Source: Octopus sinensis (Eukaryota). From it: 57,328 bases of DNA. This document shows positions 24,491 through 37,033 of this stretch, one piece after another. The position numbers were made by a program, and so were the translations under genes. The stretch lies in NCBI RefSeq assembly GCF_006345805.1, contig NW_021833937.1, positions 1 through 57,328 on the forward strand, in the 5' to 3' direction. Below the pieces are notes generated by a model, which saw nothing but the letters and a program-made list of their open reading frames with translations, did not search any database and was not told the origin of the DNA. The first letter of the stretch is position 1; each line of letters begins with the position of its first letter.

Positions 24491-27400
24491 GATATCAGTT
24501 ATCCAAATATACTGCGGATATATATATATACTCTTTACTCTCTTTTACTTGTTTCAGTCATTTGACTGCGGCCATGCTGGAGCACCGCCTTTAGTCGAGC
24601 AACTCGACCCCGGGACTTATTCTTTGTAAGCCCAGTACTTATTCTATCGGTCTCTTTTGCCGAACCGCTAAGTAACGGGGACGTAAACACACCAGCATCG
24701 GTTGTCAAGCAATGCTAGGGGGACAAACACAGACACACTTATATATATATATATATACGACAGGCTTCTTTCAGTTTCCGTCTACCAAATCCACACACAA
24801 GGCATTGGTCGGCCCGGGGCTATAGCAGAAGACACACTTGCTCAAGGTGCCACGTAGTGGGACTGAACCCTGAACCATGTGGTTGGTTAGCAAGCTACTT
24901 ACCACACAGCCACTCCTGCGACTATATATGTATATATATATATACACGCATAGCAACACGTGCGTGAATGTCGGCAAGCATGGTAGAGTGGTTAAAGAGT
25001 TCACCAAAACATACGCCACAGAACCCGGGCCCATGAGCCCTGGCTGGGCTTGAGGAGGGCGACGAAGAACAAATATAGGCCGATGGACAGGGGCCTAGGA
25101 CGGACAAACAGAAATCTTGTCCCACTCAGGTGTGGGTTGGCTGGGTCTTGTCCAAACCACTCTTCCCCCATTTGTTATTCATTTCGTTAATAAACATTCA
25201 TAGGCACAGGAGTGGCTGTGTGGTAAGTAGCTTGCTTACCAACCACATGGTTCCGGGTTCAGTCCCACTGCGTGGCACGTTGAGCAAGTGTCTTCTACTA
25301 TAGCCTCGGGCCAACCAATGCCTTGTGAGTGGATTTGGTAGACGGAAACTGAAAGAAGCCCGTCGTATATATGTATATAGATATGCGTGTGTGTTTATGT
25401 GTCTGTGTTTGTCCCCCTAGCATTGCTTGACAACCGATGCTGGTGTGTTTACGTCCCCGTCACCTAGCGGTTCGGCAAAAGAGACCGATAGAATTGGGCT
25501 TACAAAGAATAAGTCCTGGGGTCGAGTTGCTCGACTAAAGGCGGTGCTCCAGCATGGCCGCAGTCAAATGACTGAAACAAGTAAAAGAGTATCCCGTCGT
25601 CCTCATCGTTATCGCATCTCTTGCTTCTGATAACCAGCTGTTTATTCGCTCTGCTTTCTTCCCTATATCTTATTTCTACCTCGTTATTTCTTTCTGACCG
25701 ATATTACTACTCACAACAGTTTGTTAACAATATTTCAAAACGGCTTTCACACATTCACATGCATGTCTGTCTGTCTCTATCTGTTTGTCTGTCTGTCTAT
25801 CTATCTATCCATCCCTATGTGTATGTCTGTCTGTTTATCTATCCCTATCTCTCTCTATATATATATTATATATATCTCTCACTATTTCTCTGTCTATCTC
25901 TATCTCTCTATTTATCTGTCTATCTATCTATCTCTCTATATATATATCTTTATTCATCTTATCTCTATCTATCTATCCCTATGTCTATCTGTCTGTTTAT
26001 CTATCTATCTATCTCTCTCTATATATATATATCTATATCTATCTATTTATCTGTCTATCTATCTATCTATCCCTCCCTATGTGTATCTGTTTATCTATAC
26101 CTGTGTGTATCTATGTCTGTCTATTTCTACATGTATCTATCTATCTATCTGTCTGCCTATCTATTAATATATTTATCTGTCTAGTTTCAGTCTCTCTCTC
26201 TCTGTCTGTCTATCTATCTATCTTCACACATACCCATACATACATCATCATCATCATCGTTTAGCGTCCGCTTTCCATGCTAGCATGGGTTGGACGGTTC
26301 AACTGGGGTCTGGGAAGCCAGAAGGCTGCGCCAGGCTCCAGTCTGATCTGGCAGTGTTTCTACAGCTGGATGCCCTTCCTAACACCAACCACTCCGTGAG
26401 TGTAGTGGGTGCTTTTTACGTGCCACCGGCACAGGTGCCAGGGGAGTCTAGAAGCGGCCACGATCGGTTGGTGCTTTTTATGTGTCACCAGCACAGAAGC
26501 CATTCAAGGTGGCGCTGGCATCGTCCACGTTACATAAATACATAACAAATAATGAGGGGTTAGCTCTCTGTTAGCAATTCCAGGCTAACAATATTCTATA
26601 GATTAGTGAAGAACTCCAGATAATCTTATGGCAGGGTCCAAGGGTTATGGTTCATCACCATTCTATATTGTAAATCCGTGGATGCGCTCCTTTTTACACA
26701 AAGAGATATATGAGAAACAAGTTTAAAATATTGGTCACTATTTTCCCTTATTGGAGTAAAAATGGCTTATAGCTGTTTCCAGTAGTCATTATAGGTTCAT
26801 TACTGAAAGGCTTAATCAACTGGTCTGTTGACCAATTGAGAAAAATTGAACAACCTAAGAAAGTTAATACTACTTCCATCAGAGCCATTTCTAGTAATTA
26901 ATGTACCTATAATGATTACTGGAAATAGCTGTAAGCCAAATTTACTCCAATAAAGGAAAATATATACTCTCTTTTACTTGTTTCAGTTATTTGACTGCGG
27001 CCATGCTGGGGCACCGCCTTTAATCGAGCAACTCGAACCCGGGACTTATTCTTTTGTAAGCCCAGTACTTATTCTATCGGTCTCTTTTGCCAAACCGCTA
27101 AGTAACGGGGACATAAACACACCAGCATCGGTTGTCAAGCAATGCCAGGAGGACAAACACAGATACACAAACACATATATATATACATATATACAACAGG
27201 CTTCTTTCAGTTTCCGTCTACCAAATCCACTCACAAGGCATTGGTCGGCCCGGGGCTATAGCAGAAGACACTTGCCACGCAGAGGGACTGAACCCAGAAC
27301 CATGTGGTTTGTTAGCAAGCTACATACCACAGCCACTCCTGCGCCTATTGGTATGTTAACCAATTGAGAAAAATTGAACAACCTAAGAAAGTTAATACTA

Positions 27401-27702
27401 CTTCCATCAGAGCCATTTCTAGTAATTAATGTACCTATAATAATTACTAGAAACATCTGTAAGGCAAATTTGCTCCAATAAAGGAAAATATATACTGACC
27501 ACTATTTTAAACTTGTTTCTTATATATATATATATATATATTAATAAAAGGAATTCCAACCTTGTCTGATTTTCATGTTTTATTTACAATCTTATAATGA
27601 TATAATATAAGATAATATAATATAATATAATATAATATAATAGAATAAAATAAAATAGTAGACTGTCAAAAATTGTGAAGCATGACTGTCACCACTACTA
27701 CA

Positions 27703-27747
27703 TGAACCTGAAGATTGCAGAATTTAATGCATGAAAGTACTAGTTCA
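27703..27747 (+). ncRNA. Minimal type-I hammerhead-ribozyme-like motif
   Basis: Stem I TGAAC/GTTCA, core CTGAAGA, stem II (T)TGCA-GAATTTAA-TGCA(T), GAAA, palindromic stem III AGTACT, putative CUA cleavage triplet. The U.U stem II closure is non-canonical. Confidence 0.5.
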
Positions 27748-28214
27748 ATCAGAATGAACATTTAACATTCTACTATTTTATTTTATTTTATTCAATTATA
27801 ATATATTATCTTATAATATATCATTATAAGATTGTAAATAAAACGTGAAAATCAGACAAGGTTGGAATTCCTTTTATTAATATATTCTTCTATACACAAT
27901 CACACACACCCGTATATATATATCTACATATATATATATATATATCATGGCTCAGCTTCGCGAACAACGATCAGGAAGTCTGTCCACGTCGCGTGCATGC
28001 ACGCTCGTGACTGACAAGTCAGATACGGGAAAGGCAGGTCCGTGAGCAGTGTCCACAGACGAAGGTAACATCCGGTGTGGTGTCAGAGGCGGCTCGCGCC
28101 TTCCTCCTGCATCTCGTCTATATATATATATATATATATATCTTTTTTTACCTATCTCTCTATCTAACCATATATCTCTCTTTTTATTACTTCTATATTT
28201 AAGAGATGAGGAAT

Positions 28215-28710
28215 TATTTACATTCGACGAATGTTTGTCCTCATTTTGTTTATTGTCAACACAATGTTTCGGCTGGTATACCTTCCAGCCTTCATCGGGT
28301 GTCTTGGGGAAATTTCAAACCTGGGTTCTCATTCCTAAGGTATTTTTTCAATGTTGTTGTTGTTATTATTATTATTATTATTATTCAGGTCACTGCCTGG
28401 AATCGAACTCAGAATCTTGGGTTAGTAGCCCACGCTCTTAACCACTACGCCATGGTCAGTAGAAAGGCATATGGCATAGTGGTTTAGAGTGCGGGCTACT
28501 AACCCCAAGATTCTGAGTTCGATTCCAGGCAGTGACTTGAATAATAATAACAATAATAATAACAACAACATCGAAAAATACCTAGGAATGAGAACCCAGG
28601 TTCGAAATTTCCCCAAGACACCTGATGAAGGCTGGAGGGTATACCAGCCGAAACATTGTGTTAACAACAAACAAGACAAGGACAAAATATCCGTCAAATG
28701 TAAATAATCT
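28215..28710. mobile_element. Head-to-head dimer of a tRNA-headed element with an (AAT)n spacer and a PLE/hammerhead-like tail
   Basis: 28215-28452 (-) and 28466-28710 (+) are reverse complements. Head has an A box TGGCATAGTGG and a B box GAGTTCGATTCC. Further pieces at 8800-8915 (tail) and 29155-29255 (linker + head). Confidence 0.8.
28617..28662 (+). ncRNA. Minimal type-I hammerhead-ribozyme-like motif (stem III mismatched)
   Basis: Stem I GACAC/GTGTT, core CTGATGA(A), stem II GGCTGG-AGGGTATA-CCAGCC, GAAA, then CATT. The 8.8-kb copy retains the ACGT palindrome. Confidence 0.55.
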
Positions 28711-29449
28711 ATTACTTTCTTTATCTAAACCACTATGCCACTATATAGGCACAGGAGTGGCTGTGTGGTAAGTAGCTTGTTTACCAACCACATGGTTCCG
28801 GGTTCAGTCCCACTGCGTGGCATCTTGGGCAAGTGTCTTCTACTATAGCCTCGGGCCAACCAAAGCCTTGTGAGTGGATTTGGTAGATGGAAACTGAAAG
28901 AAGCCCGTCGTTATATGTATATATATATGTATGTGTATGTGTGTTTGTGTGTCTGTGTTTGTCCCCCTAGCATTGCTTGACACCGATGCTGGTGTGTTTA
29001 TGTCCCCGTCACTTAGCGGTTCGGCAAAAGAGACCGATAGAATAAGTACTGGGCTTACAAAGAATAAGTCCCGGGGTCGAGTTGCTCGATTAAAGGCGGT
29101 GCTCCAGCATGGCCGCAGTCAAATGACTGAAACAACTAAAGGAGTACAAGGAGAATGCCATATGCCTTTCTACTGACCATGGCGCAGTGGTTAAGAGCAT
29201 GGGCTACTAACCCCAAGATTTTGAGTTCGATCCAAGGCAGTGACCTGAATAATATCTGTCTATATCTCACTACCGTCTATCTGTCAATCTATCTACCACC
29301 TACCTATTCATCGATAAACAAATATACCCATCTCTATTTAAAATGCCTGAGGGCCAGAACCAGGGGTGATCTCACAGACCAGCCCTATTCCTCACCTGCA
29401 CATTCTACCAGGTTCCCACTCCCTACATGGTGCTTGATGTCAACAATCC

Positions 29450-30225
29450 CTAAACCTTACTCAGAATTTATGTTCCTAATACTAGCTGAATGATAACTAA
29501 GTTATTTTACTAAATTCTTTGTTATATTTAAAATTAATTGAAAGAAACACAGAGCATCTCAACAGAAATATGGTAACAGAAGGGTTAAGATATATAATAG
29601 AGAAACAATTCTTAACCCTTTTGATACCAACCTGCCTGAAACCACCTCTGGCTCTGTAGTACAAATGTCTTGTTTTCGTAAGTTCTGAATTAAAATCTTC
29701 CACCAAACCTTAGTCACAATTTATGTTCCTAATACTAGCTGAATGATAACTAAGTTATTTTACTAAATTCTTTGTTATATTTAAAGTAATTGAAAGAAAC
29801 ACAGAGCATCTCAGCAGAAATATGGTAACAAAAGGGTTAAGATATATAATAGAGAATCAATTCTTAACCCTTTTGATACCAACCTGGCTGAAACCACCTC
29901 TGGCTCTGGGTACAAATGTCTTGTTTCCATAAGTTTTGAATTAAAATCTTCCACCAAATATGGTAACAAAAGGCTTAAGATATATAATAGAGAAACAATT
30001 CTTAACCCTTTTGATAACAACTCGGCTGAAACCGGCTTTGGCTCTGTAGTACAAATGTCTTGTTTTCATAAGTTTTGAATTAAAATCTTCCACCAAACCT
30101 TAGTCACAATTTATGTTCCTAACACTAGCTGAATGATGACTAAGTTATTTTACTATTTTTTTGTTATATTTCAAGTAATTGAAAGAAATACAGAGCATCT
30201 CAAAATAAATACAGTAACAAAAAGG
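29450..30225 (+). mobile_element. piggyBac-type composite MITE array, 5'-truncated, about 3-4 partial units
   Basis: Same body and spacer; ends with the outer-type right end (aaatacagtaacaaaaagg) + TTAA. Confidence 0.82.
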
Positions 30226-30934
30226 TTAATGACTGTGTATACACCCTCCTTAAAAAAGCAACTTTTCACTGCAGTGAATGTTGCCGGTTAGAGAATATAT
30301 ACGACGGGCTTCTTTCAGTTTCCGTCTACCAAATCCACTCACAAGGCATAGGTCAGCCCGGGGCTATAGCAGAAGACACTTGCCCAAGATGCCACGCAGT
30401 GGGACTGAACCCGGAACCATGTGGTTGGTTAGCAAGCTACTTACCACACAGCCACTTTTGCTGAATTTCTCTAGGGAACATTCTTTTCTTTGTAGTTAGA
30501 TCACAGGTGGTCTTCTTCTAGCATATTGGATGTCCACTTAGTGGTTATCTCTATTATATGCCTCTTTAAAATTGTTCTGAATTTTCAGATTTTTCTATAT
30601 GCTAGGCTACTAGTTTTAAATTGATATTAATTAAATTAACATTCAATTTATCACCCTCATTATCTAAATTTTAAATAATTATGTTCCCTAACTGGCAACA
30701 TTAACTGCAGTGAATTATATACAGCGGAACTGTTTCCCGAATTTAGCACACCAGAACTTAGACATTTGAAAATAATCCAATGTAATCAGTAGAACTATAC
30801 ACATGTCTAATTTTATAAGGACAACCTGTGTATAGTTCTACAAATTATATTGAATTGGAACGATCATACTGAAGAGCCCACTGATGAGAAATTACGTAAG
30901 TAATTAGCGGTTATAACGAAATCAGTCATTACAT

Positions 30935-31966
30935 ATATACATACATCAGTAAATGTATGTATATATATATATGTGTATATATACATATATGTGTGTATGT
31001 ATATATACGTAAATATGTATATATGTGTAAGTACATATATATGTATATATACATGTATATATGTACATATATACATGTATATATACATGTATATATATAT
31101 ATGTATATACATATATATATGTATATATACATGTATATATGTACATATATATGTATATATACATGTATATGTGTATATATATATGTGTATATATATATAT
31201 GTATAATATACATGTATATGTGTATATCTATATATATGTGTACATATATATATGTGTATATATATATATATGTATATACATGTATATGTTATATATATAT
31301 GTATATACATATATATGTATATACATATATATATATATATATATACATGTATATATATGTATATGTAATATATATATGTATATTTATATATGTATGTATA
31401 TGTAATATATGTATGTATATATATGTGTGTATATATATATATGTGTATATATATATATATGTGTGTGTATATATATATATATGTGTGTATATATATATGT
31501 GTATATATATATATATGTATATATACATGTATATGTGTATATATATATGTGTATATACTAAGCAATAAACCCTTTATTGCTTAGTATTACTTAAATTTTC
31601 CTCGAATGAGGCTTTTACATGCCGAAGACTACTTGGTGTAATTGATAATTATTCCAAATTAATTAATTTCACCCTTCATTATTACGGATATATGTGTATA
31701 TATATTATATATATGTATATATACATGTATATGTGTATAATATATGTATATACATATATATGTGATATATATAATATGTATATACCTGTATATGTGTATA
31801 TATATGTTATATATGTATATACATATATATGTATAATACATGTATATGTGTATATATTATGTATATATATGTATATACATATATATATATATACATGTAT
31901 ATATATGTATGTATATTATATATGTATGTATATGTAAATATGTATGTATATATATGTGTATATATA

Positions 31967-31997
<31 letters not shown>

Positions 31998-32001
31998 TGT
32001 G

Positions 32002-32043
<42 letters not shown>

Positions 32044-32045
32044 AT
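30935..32045. repeat. Long compound (TA)/(TG) microsatellite tracts
   Basis: Directly visible. Similar tracts at 1375-1700, 16085-16240, 20450-20720, 21160-21390, 23375-23465, 49875-50097; (TCTA)n at 25770-26230 and 34330-34480; GA-rich at 2760-3010. Confidence 0.95.
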
Positions 32046-32047
32046 AT

Positions 32048-32229
32048 GGGAAATAATAAGGAAAGAGCAGCCTTATAAAGACAGTAGATACAGGTGTGAG
32101 CTGTGCTCTACGGAAACTTATGAGATTTTTAAGCATAAGGACCAGAGCAACCTGCTTAATAATAGATTAGACCTAAGGGTATCATGCGTACATAGTGTCA
32201 CCCGTACATTTAAATATTTTCGAAATTAG
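32048..32229 (+). pseudogene. Fragment resembling the C-terminus of a Penelope-like GIY-YIG endonuclease
   Basis: [10 protein letters not shown]...RCELCSTETYEI...NLLNNRLDL..SCVH fits the W.I.....PY...C.LC..E...I......LLN.R.E....C.H pattern I recall from invertebrate PLEs. Confidence 0.5.
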
Positions 32230-32269
32230 CATTTTATAGGTGCAATGTTTATTCAGACGCATTTTGTGA

Positions 32270-33116
32270 TGTCGGGCGCGAAAATACCTTAAGCTAAGCC
32301 TGAAAGCAATGAAGTCATAAAAGAATCATCCATAACTTGCAGTAAGCAACATTTATTAAACGTTATTACTGTTATTTCTTGATTTTCTGCAAACAAAATG
32401 CACAAAAAAGCTACACGTTTGCATTATGTTATATATACAATAATAATAAAGGACGTTACTGTATACAGTTTTAAAAACCAAGGACGTTATATAGACCTCC
32501 TTGACTCAAGTCAGAGAAGGGGTGCGTATTATACACATGGTTTAGGTTTTCCAGAGGTACAGCTCCCTAAAAATCCCCTGCGTATACATGTTTGCATTAT
32601 GTTATATATATATAATAATAATAAAGGACGTTACCCTATACATTTTTACAAACCAAGGACGTTATATAGACCTCCTTTACTCAAGATAGAGAAGAGGTGC
32701 GTATTATACACAAGGTTTAGGTTTTTCAGAGGTACAGCCCCCTAAAAATCCCCTGCGTATTATACACAAGATTTAGGTTTTTCAGTGGTACAGCCCCCTA
32801 AAAATCCCCTGCGTATTATACTCAAGGTTTAGTTTTTTCAGAGGTACAGCCCCCTAAAAATCCCCTGTGTATTATACACAAGGTTTAGGTTTTCCAGAGG
32901 TATAGCCCCCTAAAAATCCCCTGCGTATTATACACAAGGTTTAGGTTTTCCAGAGGTATAGCCCCCTAAAAATCCCCTGCGTATTATACACAAGGTTTAG
33001 TGTTTTTCAGAGGTACAGCCCCCTAAAAATCCCCTGCGTATTATACACAAGGTTTAGGTTTTTCAGTGGTACACCCCCTAAAAAATCCCCTGCGTATTAT
33101 ACTCGAGGATTTACGG
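32270..33116 (-). mobile_element. pogo/Tc1-like MITE with about 7 tandem 57-59 bp subterminal repeats
   Basis: Terminus TATACTCGAGGATTTACGG|TA; the opposite end is degenerate (cgcgaaaatacc). Tandem unit gcgtattatacacaaggtttaggtttttcagaggtacagccccctaaaaatcccct. Confidence 0.7.
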
Positions 33117-33407
33117 TATATATGTACATTTATATATATATGTATATACATATATATGTGTGTGTGTGTATATATATTAACTATAAGTAGTACTGATTGA
33201 GATGTGTATAAATTGTTTTGGGTTGTGTATATAGGCATAGTTATGTAAATATATTGTATTGCATTTTGTGCATATTTGTGTATATAAGCTATATTGTGCT
33301 CTAAACAGAAGTGGGGCAGTTGTTTATGCAAATATATTTTGTTGTCTATACTTACAGCTAGGAAGGGCTATCTGTCAACTACACACACACACACACACAC
33401 ATATATA

Positions 33408-33442
<35 letters not shown>

Positions 33443-34894
33443 TATATTAAGTTAGAGACAAAACCACTATTAGGCAAATCATACAATGAAAAACTTAAGC
33501 CAATACATAAGATTATTTAATTTATATTATTTAAATATATAACAAAATTATTAAAAAAATATAATTAATATCACACTACGATCGTTTCATGTTATATATT
33601 TAAATAATATAAATTAATTTATGTATTGGCTTAAGTTTTTCATTGTTTGATTTGCCTAATAGTGGTTTTGTCTCTAATTTAATATAATATAATATTTTAC
33701 TATAAAATTGGATTCAATCCTAAATCTGATTTTTCCCTGTAAGTTTGGATTTATTCCCTAATATTTATTATTAATATATATATATATATATTTACACATC
33801 TGTCTGTGTATATAATTATATTATTTATTTGTATTTACATATATATTTGTGTGTGTATGTATGTACATATCTCTCTTTCACTCCGGAACTTATTCTTTTG
33901 TAAGCCCAGTACTTATTCTATCGGCCTCTTTTGCCGAACCGCTAAGTGACGGGGACATAAACACACCAGCATCGGTTGTCAAGCAATGCTAGGGGGACAA
34001 ACACAGACACACACACACGCATATATATATATATATACATATATAGGACAGGCTTCTTTCAGTTTCCGTCTACCAAATCCACTCACAAGGCTTTGGTATG
34101 CCCGAGGCTATAGTAGAAGACACTTGCTTAAGTTGCCACTCAGTGGGACTGAACCCAGAACCATGTGGTTGGTAAACAAGCTACTTACCACACAGCCAAC
34201 ATATATGTCTGTATATATAATTATATTATTTATTTGTATTTACATATATATTTGTGTGTGTATGTATGTACATATATATATACATATTATACACATATAC
34301 ATACATATCTGTATATATAGAAACACACACAACACATCTATCTTTTTATCTACCTATCTATCTGTCTATCTCTCTATCTACCTACCTATCTGTCTGTATA
34401 TCTATCTATCTATCTGTCTGTCTGTCTATCTCTCTCTCTATGCATGTATGTATCTATTTATCTATCTGTTTGTGTGTGTGTTTGTGAGAGCGTGTGTATA
34501 TACACGTATGCATAAAGTAAATAGCTGAGTCACTTTAAAAACACAATTGGCCCATGGATATGTTTAGATTTCACCCAAATCTTTTCTCACACAATATCTG
34601 GTTGTTCATGGATATAATTTTTAGCTTTTCAGTACAGTTTTTTATTGTTTTGGTTTCTTTTTTTTTTCTTTTTTGTTACTGTTTTTTATTTCTATTTTCT
34701 TGTGATTCTGACTCAACTTCCTGCCATCAAATATCAGGACGCCACAAAGTATCGAGTGACATTCTTGTGGTTAAGGATGGTCTGATGGGGCAGATTTACT
34801 TCAAGTGGCGCTTGTAGGCTGAGGAATGTGGAGCAGAAAGAGGGGCACCCGCCGAGGAGCTACTGCGTGGCCAATATCAGTAATAACCCAGGAG

Positions 34895-36080
34895 CCATTA
34901 GATTTGTGGGGCTCCAAGTTTGGGGGCAAGAGCCAAGTCTGTAGGTCTCCAAGTCTGGCGGTGATGTCCAACTTTGTGAGGCACCAAATTTGGGGGCTGG
35001 AGCCGTGTTTCTGAGGCCCTAAATTTGGGGGCAGGAGCCGTGTTTGTGAGGACCCAAATTTGGTGGTCGGAGCCAAGATTTTTGGTCTCCAAGTGTGCGA
35101 AGCACCAAATTTAGGGGTAGGAGCCGTGTTCGTGAGGCCCCAAATTTGGAGGTGGGAGCCAAGATTTTAGGTCTCCAAGTCTGGGGGTGATATCCAAGTG
35201 TGTGAAGCACCAAATTTGGGGGCAGGAGCCGTGTTTGTGAGGCACTAAATTTAGGGGCAGGAGCCGTGTTCATGAGGTCCCAAATTTGGTGGTGGGAGCC
35301 AAGATTTTAGGTCTCCAAGTCTGGGGGTGATATCCAAATGTGTGAAGCACTAAATTTAGGGGCAGGAGCCGTGTTCGTGAGGTCCCAAATTTGGTGGTCG
35401 GAGCCAAGATTTTAGGTCTCCAAGTCTGGGGGTGATATCCAAATGTGTGAAGCACTAAATTTAGGGGTAGGAGCCGTGTTCGTGAGGCCCCAAATTTGGG
35501 GGTGGGAGCCAAGATTTTAGGTCTCCAAGTCTGGGGGTGATATCCAAGTGTGTGAAGCACCAAATTTGGGGGCAGGAGCCGTGTTTGTGAGGCACTAAAT
35601 TTAGGGGCAGGAGCCGTGTTCATGAGGTCCCAAATTTGGTGGTGGGAGCCAAGATTTTAGGTCTCCAAGTCTGGGGGTGATATCCAAGTGTGTGAAGCAC
35701 CAAATTTGGGGGCAGGAGCCGTGTTTGTGAGGCACTAAATTTAGGGGCAGGAGCCGTGTTCATGAGGTCCCAAATTTGGTGGTGGGAGCCAAGATTTTAG
35801 GTCTCCAAGTCTGGGGGTGATATCCAAGTGTGTGAAGCACCAAATTTAGGGGCAGGAGCCGTGTTCGTGAGGTCCCAAATTTGGGGATGGGAGCCAAGAG
35901 TTTAGGTCTCCAAGTCTGGGGGTGATATCCAAGTGTGTGAAGCACCGAATTTAGGGGCAGGAGCCGTGTTTGTGAGGCCCCAAATTTGGGAGTGGGAGCC
36001 AAGATTTTAGGTCTCCAAGTCTAGGGGTGATATCCAAGTTTATGAGGCCCAAAATTTGGGGACAGGAGTCAAGTTTGTGG
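34895..36080. repeat. Satellite with 33-36 bp related subunits arranged in higher-order repeats
   Basis: Subunits a (caccaaatttgggggcaggagccgtgtttgtgagg), b (tcccaaatttggtggtgggagccaagattttagg), c (tctccaagtctgggggtgatatccaagtgtgtgaag), in abc (~103 bp) and aabc (~137 bp) blocks. Confidence 0.85.
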
Positions 36081-36281
36081 GGCTCATTTAAGTCAGAAAA
36101 GCCTAAAGCTTGGAGTTATAAATTAACAAGTAATATTTACTGATTTGGCTGTGGTAGAAGTTTGCTTCCCAACCACATGGTTCTGGGTTCAGTCCCACTG
36201 CGTGGCACCTTGGGCAAGTGTCTTCTACTATAGCCGCAGGCCGACCAAAGCCTTGTGAGTGCATTTGGTTGGCAGAAACTG

Positions 36282-37033
36282 TTATCGAGATAGAGACTTG
36301 AAACCTACTCTGGCCGTAACTACACCACGCCTTGAACAAGCCTCAAATTGTGTAGGTCTTTACCTCAATGAGGCCAAGACTGAATATATAAACAAGTGCC
36401 TGCCCAACAGTGATTGCATCATCCATACTCTCAACAATGCGCCCTTAAATATGGTTTCTGATTACAAATATCTTGGGTCATACATATCATCATCTGGAAA
36501 AGACTTTCTAACTAGAAAGGGTATGGCCTGGTCAGCCTGTAATGACATGCATAAGATCTGGTCATCAAATCTAAGTAGAGACTTCAAACTTGAAATCTTC
36601 AAAGCCACAGTTGAACCAATTCTACTCTATGGCTCAGAAACCTGGACGTTATCAAAGAAGCTTGAGAGGCGGTTGGATGGAACCTACACTTGCCTCCTTA
36701 TGAGAGCTCAAAATCTCTCGTGGAAGCGCCATCCAACCAAAATGCAAATATATGGGAAACTACCACCTGTGTCATCTATTGTGAAAGGTAGGAGAGTCCA
36801 GTTTGCTGGACGTTGTTGTAGAGCTGAAAAAGAGGTAATTTCTACTCTTCTCCTCTGGAAGCCATCTACTCGCGATACCAGAGGGCGCACACTCTCCTAC
36901 CCTGATGTAATCTCCAGGGATACAGGCATCCAGCAACAGGACCTCCGTAATGCTATGATAGACCGTGAAGTCTGGCGTAGCATGGTAAATTCCATTGTCT
37001 CGACCACGGTCGAACAATGATGATGATGATGAT
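36282..37033 (+). mobile_element. 5'-truncated RTE-clade LINE (RT C-terminal region + (TGA)n tail)
   Basis: Uninterrupted frame with YKYLGS, FKATVEPILLYGSETWTL and W.R motifs typical of the RTE RT C-terminus. Stop at 37018-37020, followed by a tgatgatgat tail. Confidence 0.9.

Noticed and set aside
24930-25200. Possible solo LTR ending aataaacattca
   Set aside because: Single copy, no clear TG start or TSD; not supportable.
28466-28535. tRNA gene candidates at SINE heads
   Set aside because: A/B boxes are present but there is no proper acceptor stem, and each is fused to a repeat body.
30864-32056. Many Y/I/C/V-rich ORFs (also at 16-16.6, 21, 25.6-26.3, 34 and 49.8 kb)
   Set aside because: Translations of TA, TG and TCTA microsatellites.
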